A DNA stretch of 64,000 nt from an uncultured Anaerolinea sp. (GCA_964626845.1 CAZVGR010000007.1:4820-68819); one strand, 5' to 3'. Shown: positions 50,901 to 59,608, numbered from the stretch's first letter. Program-made: numbers and translations. Notes: generated by a model not told the origin, from the letters alone.

Positions 50901-51389
50901 GCCTACTATGACATCCGGCAGGGGCTGGGCTTCAACAAATCGCCAGCCGAGTACGGCGCGTTCCCCACCGATCCTTATTCGCACACGCCGATGGGCGCTG
51001 GCGCGCGCCAGCCAGGCATGACCGGCCAGGTCAAAGAGGAGGTCCTGACGCGCTTCGGCGAGCTGGGCGTGTCTGTGCAGGATGGGGTGCTGTGCTTTGC
51101 GCCGACCATGCTGCACAAGGATGAATTCCTGCGTGCGCCGGGCGAGTTTGCCTACACCGACGTAGCGCACCAGCCGAAGACTCTGTCACTCCCGCCCGAT
51201 CTGCTGACCTTCACCGTTTGCCAAACCCCTGTGGTCTACGTCTGCGGCAACACGCCACAGATGAAGGTGACATTTGCCGATGGGCAATGCGTGACTGTGC
51301 CAGGGAGCCGCCTGGATTTGGCAACTTCCCAGCACATCTTCGAGCGCGATGGCTGGGTGCAGATGGTTCGGGTTACAGTTCCTATCTAA
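47919..51389 (+). CDS. Large cytoplasmic GH94-clan-like protein, candidate glycan phosphorylase (GH149/GH161-like?)
   Basis: 1157 aa, with ATGA overlapping the GH30 stop. 'QRPEWNDANNAL', 'GNWRDIFQNWEP', 'IYWHMVSK' and 'RQPGMTGQV' parallel GH94 motifs by eye. The family assignment is not verified. Confidence 0.55.
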   Translation: MTTNTKTAIWIGNTPLIDEAAPVTGEYVQLLGEEYYRIAHVDQMPPFFMSLVSGANHWLFIASNGGLTAGRTNSDSALFPYETVDKIQAHGEQIGSKTILRVTLSGRTHLWEPFSERYAGVYRRERHLYKNVYGNKLIFEEINHDLQLALRVAWRTGDRFGFIRSCWLENLGDSTCHVELLDGVQNILPFGATSQLQNGMSNLLDAYKRNEMEPASGLGIFTLSATLTDRAEPSESLKATMAWQVGLDDVRYLLCADQIDAFRRGHTVTTEQDICGKPGAYLASAAIDLPPGQTHRWHIVADVNQDSAAVSRLTQFLRQEKASIEAQIEADIARGTEELVRFVASADGLQLTAQETTTAHHFANVLFNIMRGGIFVDNYQVDRDDLSDFVRVRNRVVWANHAQWFADLPAKLSIQDLYARASADGAADMIRLCYEYLPLTFSRRHGDPSRPWNHFSINVTKPDGSARLDYQGNWRDIFQNWEPLALSFPGFVEGMVAKFLNATTVDGYNPYRITRDGIEWETPEPHNPWSNIGYWNDHQIIYLLKLLEIVAQVHPDALSGLWNHPVFSYANVPYRLRPYPQMLADWYNTIEFDYEQEEAIAAAVAAMGTDGRLLRNAAGAVVHVTLTEKLLVLLLAKLTNLAPEGGIWMNTQRPEWNDANNALVGKGLSIVTAGYLRRFIAFWQAQIDAAQAAALAVNPALADLFAAVYGILRAHEPQLASAFSDQARRAMMDELGMAATAYRTRVYQDGVPAARVELDGQTLHDFLALAQRYVEHTLRANQRPDGMFHSYNILRLHDEGVAIDNLYLMLEGQVALLSSGMLTPEEALAVLHSLRHSDLYRPDQHSYMLYPNRQLPGFLQKNQVAAEAVAGSALVAALTAVNDRRLLICDDAGVYHFNGSFRNAGDVARTLDELGQEPAFAPLVAAERGLVLDLFEATFDHRAFTGRSGTFFAYEGLGSIYWHMVSKLLLAAQECYQQALAANTDPAVTAALAAAYYDIRQGLGFNKSPAEYGAFPTDPYSHTPMGAGARQPGMTGQVKEEVLTRFGELGVSVQDGVLCFAPTMLHKDEFLRAPGEFAYTDVAHQPKTLSLPPDLLTFTVCQTPVVYVCGNTPQMKVTFADGQCVTVPGSRLDLATSQHIFERDGWVQMVRVTVPI

Positions 51390-51410
51390 GCCATCACTGT
51401 TCAACTACCA

Positions 51411-51454
51411 GCGCCGGGCACTTGAGTCCACTATCAGTGACAAGTGCCCGGCGC
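51411..51454. repeat. Hairpin GCGCCGGGCACTTG-N16-CAAGTGCCCGGCGC after the stop of 47919..51389
   Basis: 14-bp perfect arms. The arm motif is shared with 32311-32375. Confidence 0.65.
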
Positions 51455-51679
51455 CGCAATAGTGACGCCGAGACAACCTTACCGCGAGCTGGGGACAGAG
51501 GGTTGCTGGCCGCGATCGTTTTTGACTTTACAGCCAGCGATTGCCGTGGTATGATGGAGCTATCGTGCCGTGGTGTACTCTGGCTGCGGCAAAAGTCCAA
51601 TTCATCGCAGACACCGCGCAGGGGCAATGGGCATTGGCCCCCATAGCAGGGCCAACACAACGCGAAAGGAAGGTCTCAA

Positions 51680-52900
51680 ATGGAACGCTCTCAATGGACA
51701 ACGCTCTGCCTGACGCTGCTGCTGGCAGGGCTGCTTGCGCTGGGTTCCCCCTTGGCTGCTTCGGCGGCAGGACACGCTCAGAGCAGCGCTGCGCAGCAAG
51801 GCCCCAGCACGCCCGGCCGCTCGGACAGAAACGTCATCTCTGTCCCTGGCGTTTTCTCTTTGTGGTTGGGGCAGGGGCTGAGCACGCGCAACAACATGTT
51901 GACGGTCGACGGCGCAGAGATTGACCTGCCGGCCCTGAATGCCACTGCCACCGTCGATGGCTTTAGCTTCAGCCTGCGGGACAGCTCCTATAGCTGGGAT
52001 GCCATCACTGTGACCCAGGTCGGTCCCAGGGAAAGCGACGCGCTGACCATCGCCGATACCCGCATGGTGGTGCAAGGGCCGGCGACAAACTTCAGCACCG
52101 ACCTCTCGACGCGCATCGAGCTAAACCCCAGTCCCGAAGTGCAAGCCAGCGCCACAGTTGGCTTGAGCTTCGATGGGCTGACCAGCCAGGCTGAGCTGGC
52201 AGTGGCTGACGGCAGCGCCCAAGTGGCTGCGGGCCCAGCCACGATCACGGTGCAAGGGCTGAACGCGGGCGGCGGCGCGTTCAGCGTCGACGCGGCGCAG
52301 GTGATGTTCCCCGAAGCTGAGACGGGCGTGCGGGTCGATGGCTTCACCGTTATCGATGGCAGTCCCTCGTGGCAGGCGTTGGCCTGGTATGGCCGCGAGT
52401 TCAACCTGGGCGACGTGGTCACGCTGTCCGACAACCTGGTGGTGGTCCCGGGCTCAGCCGCCGGCGACACACGGGCCGGCGGCGCAACCACCACCTTCAC
52501 GGTCAACGTGGGCGAGCTGGGCCAGACCGGCGGTCAACTGGTCCTCATGACCGATCCGGCCACCGGCCAGCCGGCGCTAATGCTGCGCAACGGCAGCGCC
52601 ATGCTGGGGGCGGCCGGCTGGAGCGTGGCCGCAAGCGGGATCAACGTTGGGCCCAGCGGCGCGGCTGTCGATACAGTCACGCTGATTGTCGAGCCTTTGG
52701 GGGTGCAGGCCCAGGTGACCGGCCTCGAAGCGACTGCAGGAGCCGGCGCCAGCTTCGACCAGACCAGGATCCTTTACCTGCCGCCCCAGAACGGCGCCAG
52801 CCGCACCGTAGCCGGCTTCGAGCTGGTCATCAGCAGCACGCAGGCCGGCTACGTGGTGACGACGACGACGCTGCTGCCGACGGCGACGCGAACGGAATAA
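51680..52900 (+). CDS. Hypothetical secreted Ala/Gly/Thr/Val-rich protein
   Basis: Signal 'LCLTLLLAGLLALGSPLAASAAG'. 406 aa with no recognised domain. Confidence 0.6.
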   Translation: MERSQWTTLCLTLLLAGLLALGSPLAASAAGHAQSSAAQQGPSTPGRSDRNVISVPGVFSLWLGQGLSTRNNMLTVDGAEIDLPALNATATVDGFSFSLRDSSYSWDAITVTQVGPRESDALTIADTRMVVQGPATNFSTDLSTRIELNPSPEVQASATVGLSFDGLTSQAELAVADGSAQVAAGPATITVQGLNAGGGAFSVDAAQVMFPEAETGVRVDGFTVIDGSPSWQALAWYGREFNLGDVVTLSDNLVVVPGSAAGDTRAGGATTTFTVNVGELGQTGGQLVLMTDPATGQPALMLRNGSAMLGAAGWSVAASGINVGPSGAAVDTVTLIVEPLGVQAQVTGLEATAGAGASFDQTRILYLPPQNGASRTVAGFELVISSTQAGYVVTTTTLLPTATRTE

Positions 52901-52926
52901 CTGGCCCGTAGCGCGTCACACATATT

Positions 52927-52972
52927 GCGAAGATGCCATCACGGTTTCCGGAACTCGTGATGGCATCTTCGC
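52927..52972 (+). terminator. 17-bp perfect hairpin after 51680..52900
   Basis: GCGAAGATGCCATCACG-N12-CGTGATGGCATCTTCGC. Confidence 0.55.
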
Positions 52973-53135
52973 GCTGAAACCAGGGCAATCAGCGGCGGTT
53001 CGATTCTTCAAACTGATAGACGGTGATTTGGGTCAACCATAGTAGCTAGCATTGAGCATGCTGCTCCATGTTTTCCTGCGTCGCGATGTCACGACAAATG
53101 ACGAAGCCAACGGTCCAAATTGGCCTTTCGCTGCT

Positions 53136-53390
53136 TCACCTACTCGCACCCTCGCTGATCCACCCGCGCAACAGCGCAGGCCGGTTGATCTCCGTGGTGC
53201 GATAACCAGGGCGGTAGGGCTGGTAGACGTATTCCAGATTGGACGCCCGGTAGTGGACCTCGACCACCTGGATCGGTATCTCACCGTTGCTGGTGTGTGG
53301 CCCTGTGACCACGGCGTCGAACTCAATCTGCTTGCCGGACACGAAGACTTTGTCCCCTGTTCGCAAGGATCGGAATTCCGAATCGGTCAT
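53136..53390 (-). CDS. Hypothetical 84-aa protein
   Basis: 'MTDSEFRSLRTGDKVFVSGKQIEFDAVV...'. Its start lies 4 nt after the stop of 53395..53670. It was split out of the longer track ORF 53136..53939. Confidence 0.5.
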   Translation of the reverse strand: MTDSEFRSLRTGDKVFVSGKQIEFDAVVTGPHTSNGEIPIQVVEVHYRASNLEYVYQPYRPGYRTTEINRPALLRGWISEGASR

Positions 53391-53394
53391 AGTG

Positions 53395-53670
53395 TTACCC
53401 TCGCTCCGTCTTCCATTGCTCGAAGACCTCGTCGGCGATCTGTTTGGTTTCGGCTGAAAGCCGGCCGCCGAGGTTGTCTGCGTGCCGTTGGGCGTCATCG
53501 CGCGCATCCGCGACTGCCCAGGATTTCTCCTCAAGTTCATGGCGTTGCTGCGGGAATAGCGCTCCGAGGATTGGATTGTATCGCGCTTTTGCAGCCTGCA
53601 ATACGTGGTCGGCAACCTCCGCTTGCTGGCGGGCTTGCAGGTATTCGGCTGCTGTCTGTAGTTCGTCCAT
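53395..53670 (-). CDS. Hypothetical 91-aa helical protein
   Basis: Charged, Ala/Gln/Glu-rich and helix-like. Tightly coupled to the downstream 84-aa ORF. Confidence 0.5.
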   Translation of the reverse strand: MDELQTAAEYLQARQQAEVADHVLQAAKARYNPILGALFPQQRHELEEKSWAVADARDDAQRHADNLGGRLSAETKQIADEVFEQWKTERG

Positions 53671-53799
53671 GACCTAACCTCTCTTTCTGTGATGGTTTGT
53701 TTACCCGGCTGGTAGTTGGAGACTGAATGCTTTGGTCCGCCAATCGACCTAAACTCGCAGAGGCGCCGCGGACCCTTCACGCACTCTCCGCCTTCTTGT

Positions 53800-55224
53800 T
53801 TACGACATCGACCGTGCAAACAAAGACCGTGTGCTTTCCTCCAGCTTGGACAAGGTTCCATTAGCGCGCGCCGCAAGGTATGCCTCGAAGAACTCTGAGA
53901 ACCGGGGCATCTGCCCTTCGTGAGCGGCCATCTCCTCAAAGTATTGGATTGCGCTTTTGGCTTGCAGCTTCGGTTTCTTGATCCGATTGATGGCTACGAT
54001 CACACCAAGCACAGGTGATAAGAGCAATCCAAGCGACAAGCATATGTTACCATCGCTATTGCCAGCGACCAGGACCAAAGCGACCAAGAGCAAAACCAAA
54101 ACAGTGCCGAGAAAAGCACCAACGCCCTGCAGAATGGCCGAAAGATAATTCGGTTTGGCGTGCGTGTCAGCTTCGGTCCATACTTGTGTAATGCCCTTGG
54201 CGTAGACAGCCTTAGCAGCATCGAGGTATCGCTCAAAAGAGGAGTGACGATTCTCGAGTTCAGCAGCGCGCGCTCTGTCAGTGTCTGCTTCCGCGTGAGT
54301 ACCCATCCTCTCGAACAACGCCGAACGCAGTTTCAGCGTTGCAATGTCGTCTGGAGCTACGGCAAGGGCAGCTGAATAATCGATCAGAGCGTTGGATTGA
54401 TCCCCCCGGTCGGCGTAGAACTGGCCTCTGGTGCGAAGGTTAGTTGCACTGCGGTTGAGCGCAACTGCCTTATCGAAATCCGCAAGGGCTTTTTCAGCAG
54501 ATGAAAGCAGGGCATGCAACTTACCGCGTTCGCGATAATTATCGGCGTCGCCAGGTTGAAGCGAAATCGCCTGATTGATATCGGCTAGTGCGCGTTCGTG
54601 CTCACCGATCTCGCGCAGTGCTTGACTGCGCGAGTAGTACGGCGCATGCCAATTCGGAGCAAGCTGAATAGCTTTGGTATAGTCACGTAAGGCATCTGCC
54701 AGTTGCTTCTGCTTCACATAAGCCATGCCTCTTCCCCAATAGGAGATTGGCAAGGCATCTCCTAAGGCTTCTGAGTCCAGGGGGGCAGGGGACTTCTCAA
54801 CTATAAGGATTACTTTCGAGAGATCGTCCACTGCCTCGGCATATCTACTGCAATTGAACTGTGCCTGGCCTCGATGGAGATAGCCCTGAACCTTGGCTTC
54901 GACAATGTCGCTGGATATGAGATGCGTGGTTGCCGTATTAATCGCTTCTTCTGGCAGCCCTTGGTCGATCTGTAAGTCGCAAAGCTTCATCGCCTGATTG
55001 ATTGCATCGATCTTGGCATTCTGTTTTGCCATTCGATTGGATCTGATGCCCAGGCCAACAAGTGTACCGATGCCTTCGGCCGCGCTGTTCACGAAGTGTT
55101 CGTCATCGCGCGCGTTGATGGCCCCACCAACACCCCGAGCTGATGCTGCTCCTTGCTGCACGCCCTGCTGCATGCCAGCCTGGTCTTGTTCGTATTTGGT
55201 CTTGACTTCATCATAAGTCGGCAT
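53800..55224 (-). CDS. TPR-repeat protein with two C-terminal TM helices
   Basis: Start 'MPTYDEVK' is preceded by GGAGA. It has multiple 34-aa TPR-like units ('ALRDYTKAIQLAPNWHAPYYSRS...', 'ALADINQAISLQPGDADNYRERG...'). The TM helices are 'AFLGTVLVLLLVALVLVAG' and 'LSLGLLLSPVLGVIVAI'. Confidence 0.7.
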   Translation of the reverse strand: MPTYDEVKTKYEQDQAGMQQGVQQGAASARGVGGAINARDDEHFVNSAAEGIGTLVGLGIRSNRMAKQNAKIDAINQAMKLCDLQIDQGLPEEAINTATTHLISSDIVEAKVQGYLHRGQAQFNCSRYAEAVDDLSKVILIVEKSPAPLDSEALGDALPISYWGRGMAYVKQKQLADALRDYTKAIQLAPNWHAPYYSRSQALREIGEHERALADINQAISLQPGDADNYRERGKLHALLSSAEKALADFDKAVALNRSATNLRTRGQFYADRGDQSNALIDYSAALAVAPDDIATLKLRSALFERMGTHAEADTDRARAAELENRHSSFERYLDAAKAVYAKGITQVWTEADTHAKPNYLSAILQGVGAFLGTVLVLLLVALVLVAGNSDGNICLSLGLLLSPVLGVIVAINRIKKPKLQAKSAIQYFEEMAAHEGQMPRFSEFFEAYLAARANGTLSKLEESTRSLFARSMS

Positions 55225-55307
55225 AGTATCTCCACTTCTGTTCCGTGTATTCTGGCCAGCACCTATCAACTGGATTGGGTGAAAACCAGTAAAAGATGCT
55301 AAAAGGC

Positions 55308-55499
55308 TCACTTGTAGATCCGTCCCGCCACCCGACTCTCCGTCGAATGGCAGCGGGGACACTCTCGACCGCCGTTGCTACCAGGACAGCGCCAGCAGAA
55401 TTGGGCGTAACAACTGTTGCACTGGTACACATCCATATGGGATGCGCCCCAGCTATCAGGCTTGCTGCCGCAGTTAGGGCAGCGATGGTAGTCTGCCAT
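55308..55499 (-). CDS. 63-aa double zinc-ribbon protein
   Basis: 'MADYHRCPNCG...CNSC...CWRC...CPRC' carries four CxxC pairs. GGAGG lies upstream of the ATG at 55499. Confidence 0.6.
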   Translation of the reverse strand: MADYHRCPNCGSKPDSWGASHMDVYQCNSCYAQFCWRCPGSNGGRECPRCHSTESRVAGRIYK

Positions 55500-55572
55500 A
55501 TGACCTCCGACGCTTAAATCCAAGGCAGTTGAGCCGGTGGTGGTCTGGTCCCACCCAGCCAGCATTTGCACA

Positions 55573-55669
55573 GCGCATACGTAATTATGCGCCCAAAGCG
55601 GTCTGCATTACAATGGGACAAGTACCCCGATACTTTAGGGCAAACTTGCCCTAACATCTACCGGTAGAT
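55573..55669. promoter_or_regulatory. Divergent control region with three palindromes
   Basis: GCGCATA-N6-TATGCGC (55573-55592); perfect TTAGGGCAA-AC-TTGCCCTAA (55635-55654); perfect ATCTACCGGTAGAT (55656-55669). A TACAAT box is at 55609-55614. Confidence 0.5.
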
Positions 55670-55680
55670 GGAAGGCGAAT

Positions 55681-56436
55681 ATGTCTGATCATCAACGCTT
55701 TGGCGGCGCCGCCCTTCTGGTCGAAGACGACCCCTTTTTACAGCAATCCGCAAGTAGCCTTCTGGCCGATCTTGGCTTCAAACCTAGCGTGACGAGCACC
55801 TATGCTCAAGCCGTTGACCTGCTGGCTTGCACTACAGCCGAGTTTAGTCTGGCTGTCGTCGACCTGTCGCTGCCTGAGCGTAGCATTGAGGACGCTGCAC
55901 CACGCAAACCATTGGGCCTGGATATTGTTAAGCGGGTCAAGCAGACGTGCGCCAAAACAGGAGTGGTGGTCTGGTCTGCCTACACGCACCATTTACCTGA
56001 CATTCTGGCGTTGGTCGAAGAAGGATACCGCGGGCTAGCCTTCGTGCCCAAGGGCAGTCGAGTGGAAACCCTGCGCCGGGCGATCGTTCTGGCGCTTGAC
56101 GGCGATGTTTACTTGCCTGCCGGCGCCATTGCCAGGTCGACGTCTGAAGCTGTTGCGCAGTTCTTTCACGCCTTGCGCCCCGATGTAGCTCTGGTTGTAC
56201 AGAACGTAGAGTCTCGCCTGGGCCAACTGTCTCCCCGGCAATTTGAGGTGGCAGCCCTGTTGACGTTGCGTCCAGACGCAATCGCAAGGGAACTTGGCCT
56301 TAGCGAGAAGACGGTGCGCAATTACCTCGATGATCTGTACGAGAATCTGCAATTGAAAGATCACGACATGGATGACTATCGCCGTGAAGGAATTGTCGCT
56401 CTTGCCTTCTTGCTGCGCCGTCTTCACCAACGTTGA
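55681..56436 (+). CDS. Response regulator, REC plus LuxR/NarL-type HTH
   Basis: 'ALLVEDDPF...AVVDLSLPE' is the receiver. 'LSPRQFEVAALL...ELGLSEKTVRNYLDDLYENL' is the LuxR HTH. Confidence 0.8.
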   Translation: MSDHQRFGGAALLVEDDPFLQQSASSLLADLGFKPSVTSTYAQAVDLLACTTAEFSLAVVDLSLPERSIEDAAPRKPLGLDIVKRVKQTCAKTGVVVWSAYTHHLPDILALVEEGYRGLAFVPKGSRVETLRRAIVLALDGDVYLPAGAIARSTSEAVAQFFHALRPDVALVVQNVESRLGQLSPRQFEVAALLTLRPDAIARELGLSEKTVRNYLDDLYENLQLKDHDMDDYRREGIVALAFLLRRLHQR

Positions 56437-56462
56437 TCTGATGTCTTGGCGGAGGGGCTTGT

Positions 56463-58814
56463 ATGTTCCTGGATTCCTGGCCAGCACGATCTGTATTGGT
56501 GGCAGCTTTTGGCGTTGTAGTTCTTGTCAGCGCTTGCTTGCTGCTCCTACAACTCGTCACCTCGTTTCACAATCGCATCGGATTTGGCGCCTGGGGGTAT
56601 TGGTCGGTTCCGGACGATTGTTACTTGATTAGCCCGGCTACGCCTAGCTCTTGGCCGGCGTTCAAGGACGGGACTCTACTCACCTCAGATTGCATCGTTA
56701 CAATTGACGGCGTATCTATTGCCGAATATAAGGACAAAACCAATCTCTTGCTCACTTGGTTTTTGTTGGACGCATCGCCCGATCAGATGTTGGCTGTCAG
56801 CATCTCTCGCAATGGCGAACGCTCAGTAGTGGAGGTGGCCTCACTTCGTTTGACGCTGACGCGCCTTCTCGAGGGCGTTCTAGCCCTTGTCATTCCTGGT
56901 CTGACATGGTGGGTGTTGGCTTGGGCTGTGCTCGCGGCACAGCCTAACTCAGAGGGCAATCTGGTACTGGCTGTTCTACTCTTTCTTGGCGCGCAACTAC
57001 TATTGACAAATGTAACGGGTCTCTATCATGGCTGGTCATCTCAGATGCACGGGTGGCTTTTCACTTGGGCCGCCAGGCCGTTTCTTGGAGCACTGCTATT
57101 TCAGTTTGCCTTTCTGTTTCCTGAACCACCTGTGAGGAATCCTTTGCGGAACTGGCGTTTCGCATTGCAGCCTCTTGCATTATTGGCCTGTCTTCTTAGC
57201 GCATACGTATTCTTGGAGGCTGAAGGTCTTGGCGCGTGGTCAAAACCGCTGTACTTGAGCAACAATGCTCTCATAGCGTTCATCTTTGTCGTGGGTAGCC
57301 TGGTCTTCTTTGGCCGTAGCCTCGTCATCGCGCTCCGCTCATCTTCGCTACGATCAAAACATCAGGCCAACCTGCTTATGTTTAGTCTCCTTGGTGTTGT
57401 ACCAATTGTGGCTATGCACATGATCCTGATCGAACTCCGGTTACCTTGGATAGTTCCCGCTGCTTCGAACAGTACTTTTATCTACTGGATGATTCCCACG
57501 GCGACACTGCTTACGTACGCGATGCTGCGCTATCAAACCTTTGCTTATCGAGGTTATGCCTTGACCGCCTTGATTGTGCTTATGGTTAGTGCAGCCCTCA
57601 CTCAGATCTATTCCTTCTTCATAACACCGCGAGGTTGGGATGGCGTTCAGTTTGCCACTGTTTGGGGCGCGGTGTTGTTGACCACGCTGTTTTGGTTCGT
57701 TGACTCCCCCTTGCGCCGCGGTTTTCGGCGTCTCTTTGTACGCCACGAGTTCGACTTCCAAATCACCGATCGTTTCTCGCAAGAGATGGCGGTAACTCAG
57801 GGCGTCGATGACGCATTGGCGCGCAGCGCAAGCTCTCTGTGCGAGAGCATGGAGGTTGCCTGGGCGGCAGTAACCAGTGTATACCGGCAGGGCCGCGTTT
57901 GGTTGGCTGAAGTCGAGAAGCCAGTCTGTACCACGATTGCTGTGGTCGATGGCCTGTCAGAGGCTGTGTTGCCTGGCTCGTCGGCGTTGACCCACAATCT
58001 TGACGATGGCGACAAACCAGTCGGGATGATCTTGCTAGGCCATCGCACCACGGCCGAACCGCTCGATGACAAGGATAGGCGACTGATCGCTCTTCTTGGC
58101 CATGAACTAACCCGCACCCTGTCCGTCCATGCGTACATCGAGAACCTGGAACAAGTGCCTGGGCGGATCCTGGCTGCGGTTGATGCCGACCGCAGTCGCA
58201 TCGGCCAAGACCTGCACGATTCCGTATTGCAGTTCCTTGGCGCCATTCCGTTGGAATTGGACCGGGCTATCCGGTTGGCTGACCACGATCCGGCGCAAGT
58301 CCGTGCCATTCTGGATCGCGCCATCGATCAGGCTGAGATCATCTCGCAGGAAACACGAGCGTCGGTTTATGACCTAAGTCCTCCGCTGCTGCTTCGTCAC
58401 GGCGTTGCTGATGCAGCGCGTGCCTATGCCGAGCATGCCTGCACGCGTACCGGTGTCCAACTGTGTTGGTCGGTTGACTCAGAACCGGTGTGGCGTCAGT
58501 TGCCAGAGACGCAGGCCACTCAGGTATACCGGATCGTACAGCAGGCAGTGGACAATGCCCTGGCTCATGCCCGCCCTACAGTTCTCAGTGTTCGATTTGA
58601 GTGCGGGAAGGAAGATTTGTTCGTCCAGGTGAGCGATGATGGCGTCGGCTTCGATCCCGCCTCGATCTCGCTAGCCTCACAAGTCTCTCCGCAGGAGGCT
58701 CGTCTTGGTTACATCTCTATACAAGCGCGCGCCAAAGCATTGGCTGGTACGCTGATTGTACGCAGCTCACCAGACGTAGGCACGACGATTACGTTGCGTT
58801 TTCCGCCCATTTGA
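56463..58814 (+). CDS. Multi-TM sensor histidine kinase (HisKA_3 / NarX-DesK type)
   Basis: About 9-10 hydrophobic segments and a GAF-like region. 'RSRIGQDLHDSVLQ' is the H-box, and there is a C-terminal HATPase ('VSDDGVGFDP'). Confidence 0.8.
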   Translation: MFLDSWPARSVLVAAFGVVVLVSACLLLLQLVTSFHNRIGFGAWGYWSVPDDCYLISPATPSSWPAFKDGTLLTSDCIVTIDGVSIAEYKDKTNLLLTWFLLDASPDQMLAVSISRNGERSVVEVASLRLTLTRLLEGVLALVIPGLTWWVLAWAVLAAQPNSEGNLVLAVLLFLGAQLLLTNVTGLYHGWSSQMHGWLFTWAARPFLGALLFQFAFLFPEPPVRNPLRNWRFALQPLALLACLLSAYVFLEAEGLGAWSKPLYLSNNALIAFIFVVGSLVFFGRSLVIALRSSSLRSKHQANLLMFSLLGVVPIVAMHMILIELRLPWIVPAASNSTFIYWMIPTATLLTYAMLRYQTFAYRGYALTALIVLMVSAALTQIYSFFITPRGWDGVQFATVWGAVLLTTLFWFVDSPLRRGFRRLFVRHEFDFQITDRFSQEMAVTQGVDDALARSASSLCESMEVAWAAVTSVYRQGRVWLAEVEKPVCTTIAVVDGLSEAVLPGSSALTHNLDDGDKPVGMILLGHRTTAEPLDDKDRRLIALLGHELTRTLSVHAYIENLEQVPGRILAAVDADRSRIGQDLHDSVLQFLGAIPLELDRAIRLADHDPAQVRAILDRAIDQAEIISQETRASVYDLSPPLLLRHGVADAARAYAEHACTRTGVQLCWSVDSEPVWRQLPETQATQVYRIVQQAVDNALAHARPTVLSVRFECGKEDLFVQVSDDGVGFDPASISLASQVSPQEARLGYISIQARAKALAGTLIVRSSPDVGTTITLRFPPI

Positions 58815-58831
58815 CTTTCAGGCTATGCAGA

Positions 58832-59608
58832 TCAAGCTTTGGACGTTTCCTGCTGCCAGCCGGCCAGCAATTCCTCCACCCACGCCGCAGCCTCCCCCTC
58901 GAACGGCGGCACAGGTTCACGGCGGTAATCGATGCTCAGGTCGTAGCCGGCGCGGTCGTAGAGGTCGTGGAGAAGCTGTCCCACATCCACGAGAGGCTCC
59001 TCGTCTCCTTGACGCAATGGAAGGAGGAAGGTTGGGATTGGCTCCTGGACATCAAACCCATACAATTCGGCTTGCGGTCGCAGGTGGCTACGGCTGACCA
59101 GAATGCGGTAGTGGCTGTGATGGCCGTTGCCGTACACCAACATAGGCTCGTAGGCGCGCAGCAGGTCGATCTCGACCAGATGCGTCATGGAGTCGAGCAC
59201 GGCTGTACGCTTCGTAACATAGTGACGCCGTCCCTTGCCCGGACGCTTGTTCGTGGGAGACAGCAGTTCGATCACCGTGACCACTTCGCCGCTTTGCACC
59301 TCACTCACGACCAGATAGCGCTCCTTGATGGTCTCGCTGGTGGGTACTTGAACCGTCTGCGCTTGCCCCGGCACTCGATAGGCGACTGCGGCCTCGCTGA
59401 TCCGCACAGCAAGCACATCAGGTATGCCTACCAGGTCCAATTCCTGTGTTCTCACCCTGTAGGTGCGTTCCTCGACAAGCACGCGGTAGCGTGGACGCAA
59501 CACTGGCGCCAATGCGTCTCGGATCGAGGCGATCATGCCCAAATGAACATCATGCCATAGGGCTGGATGTTCAAGATAGGGATCCATGCCGGGAAAGGGA
59601 GTAGGCAT
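58832..59608 (-). CDS. DUF4058-family protein
   Basis: 'MPTPFPGMDPYLEHPALWHDVHLGMI' is the typical DUF4058 N-terminus. Confidence 0.75.
   Translation of the reverse strand: MPTPFPGMDPYLEHPALWHDVHLGMIASIRDALAPVLRPRYRVLVEERTYRVRTQELDLVGIPDVLAVRISEAAVAYRVPGQAQTVQVPTSETIKERYLVVSEVQSGEVVTVIELLSPTNKRPGKGRRHYVTKRTAVLDSMTHLVEIDLLRAYEPMLVYGNGHHSHYRILVSRSHLRPQAELYGFDVQEPIPTFLLPLRQGDEEPLVDVGQLLHDLYDRAGYDLSIDYRREPVPPFEGEAAAWVEELLAGWQQETSKA

Noticed and set aside
53136-53939. 267-aa track ORF as a single gene
   Set aside because: Its upstream two-thirds overlaps the better-supported 91-aa ORF (53395..53670) in another frame and is Arg/Ser/Pro-rich. Only the terminal 84 aa, from the ATG at 53390, was kept.
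58811-59560. 249-aa plus-strand ORF
   Set aside because: It is antisense to the DUF4058 gene, whose N-terminus is a strong family match. The plus-strand translation is featureless.
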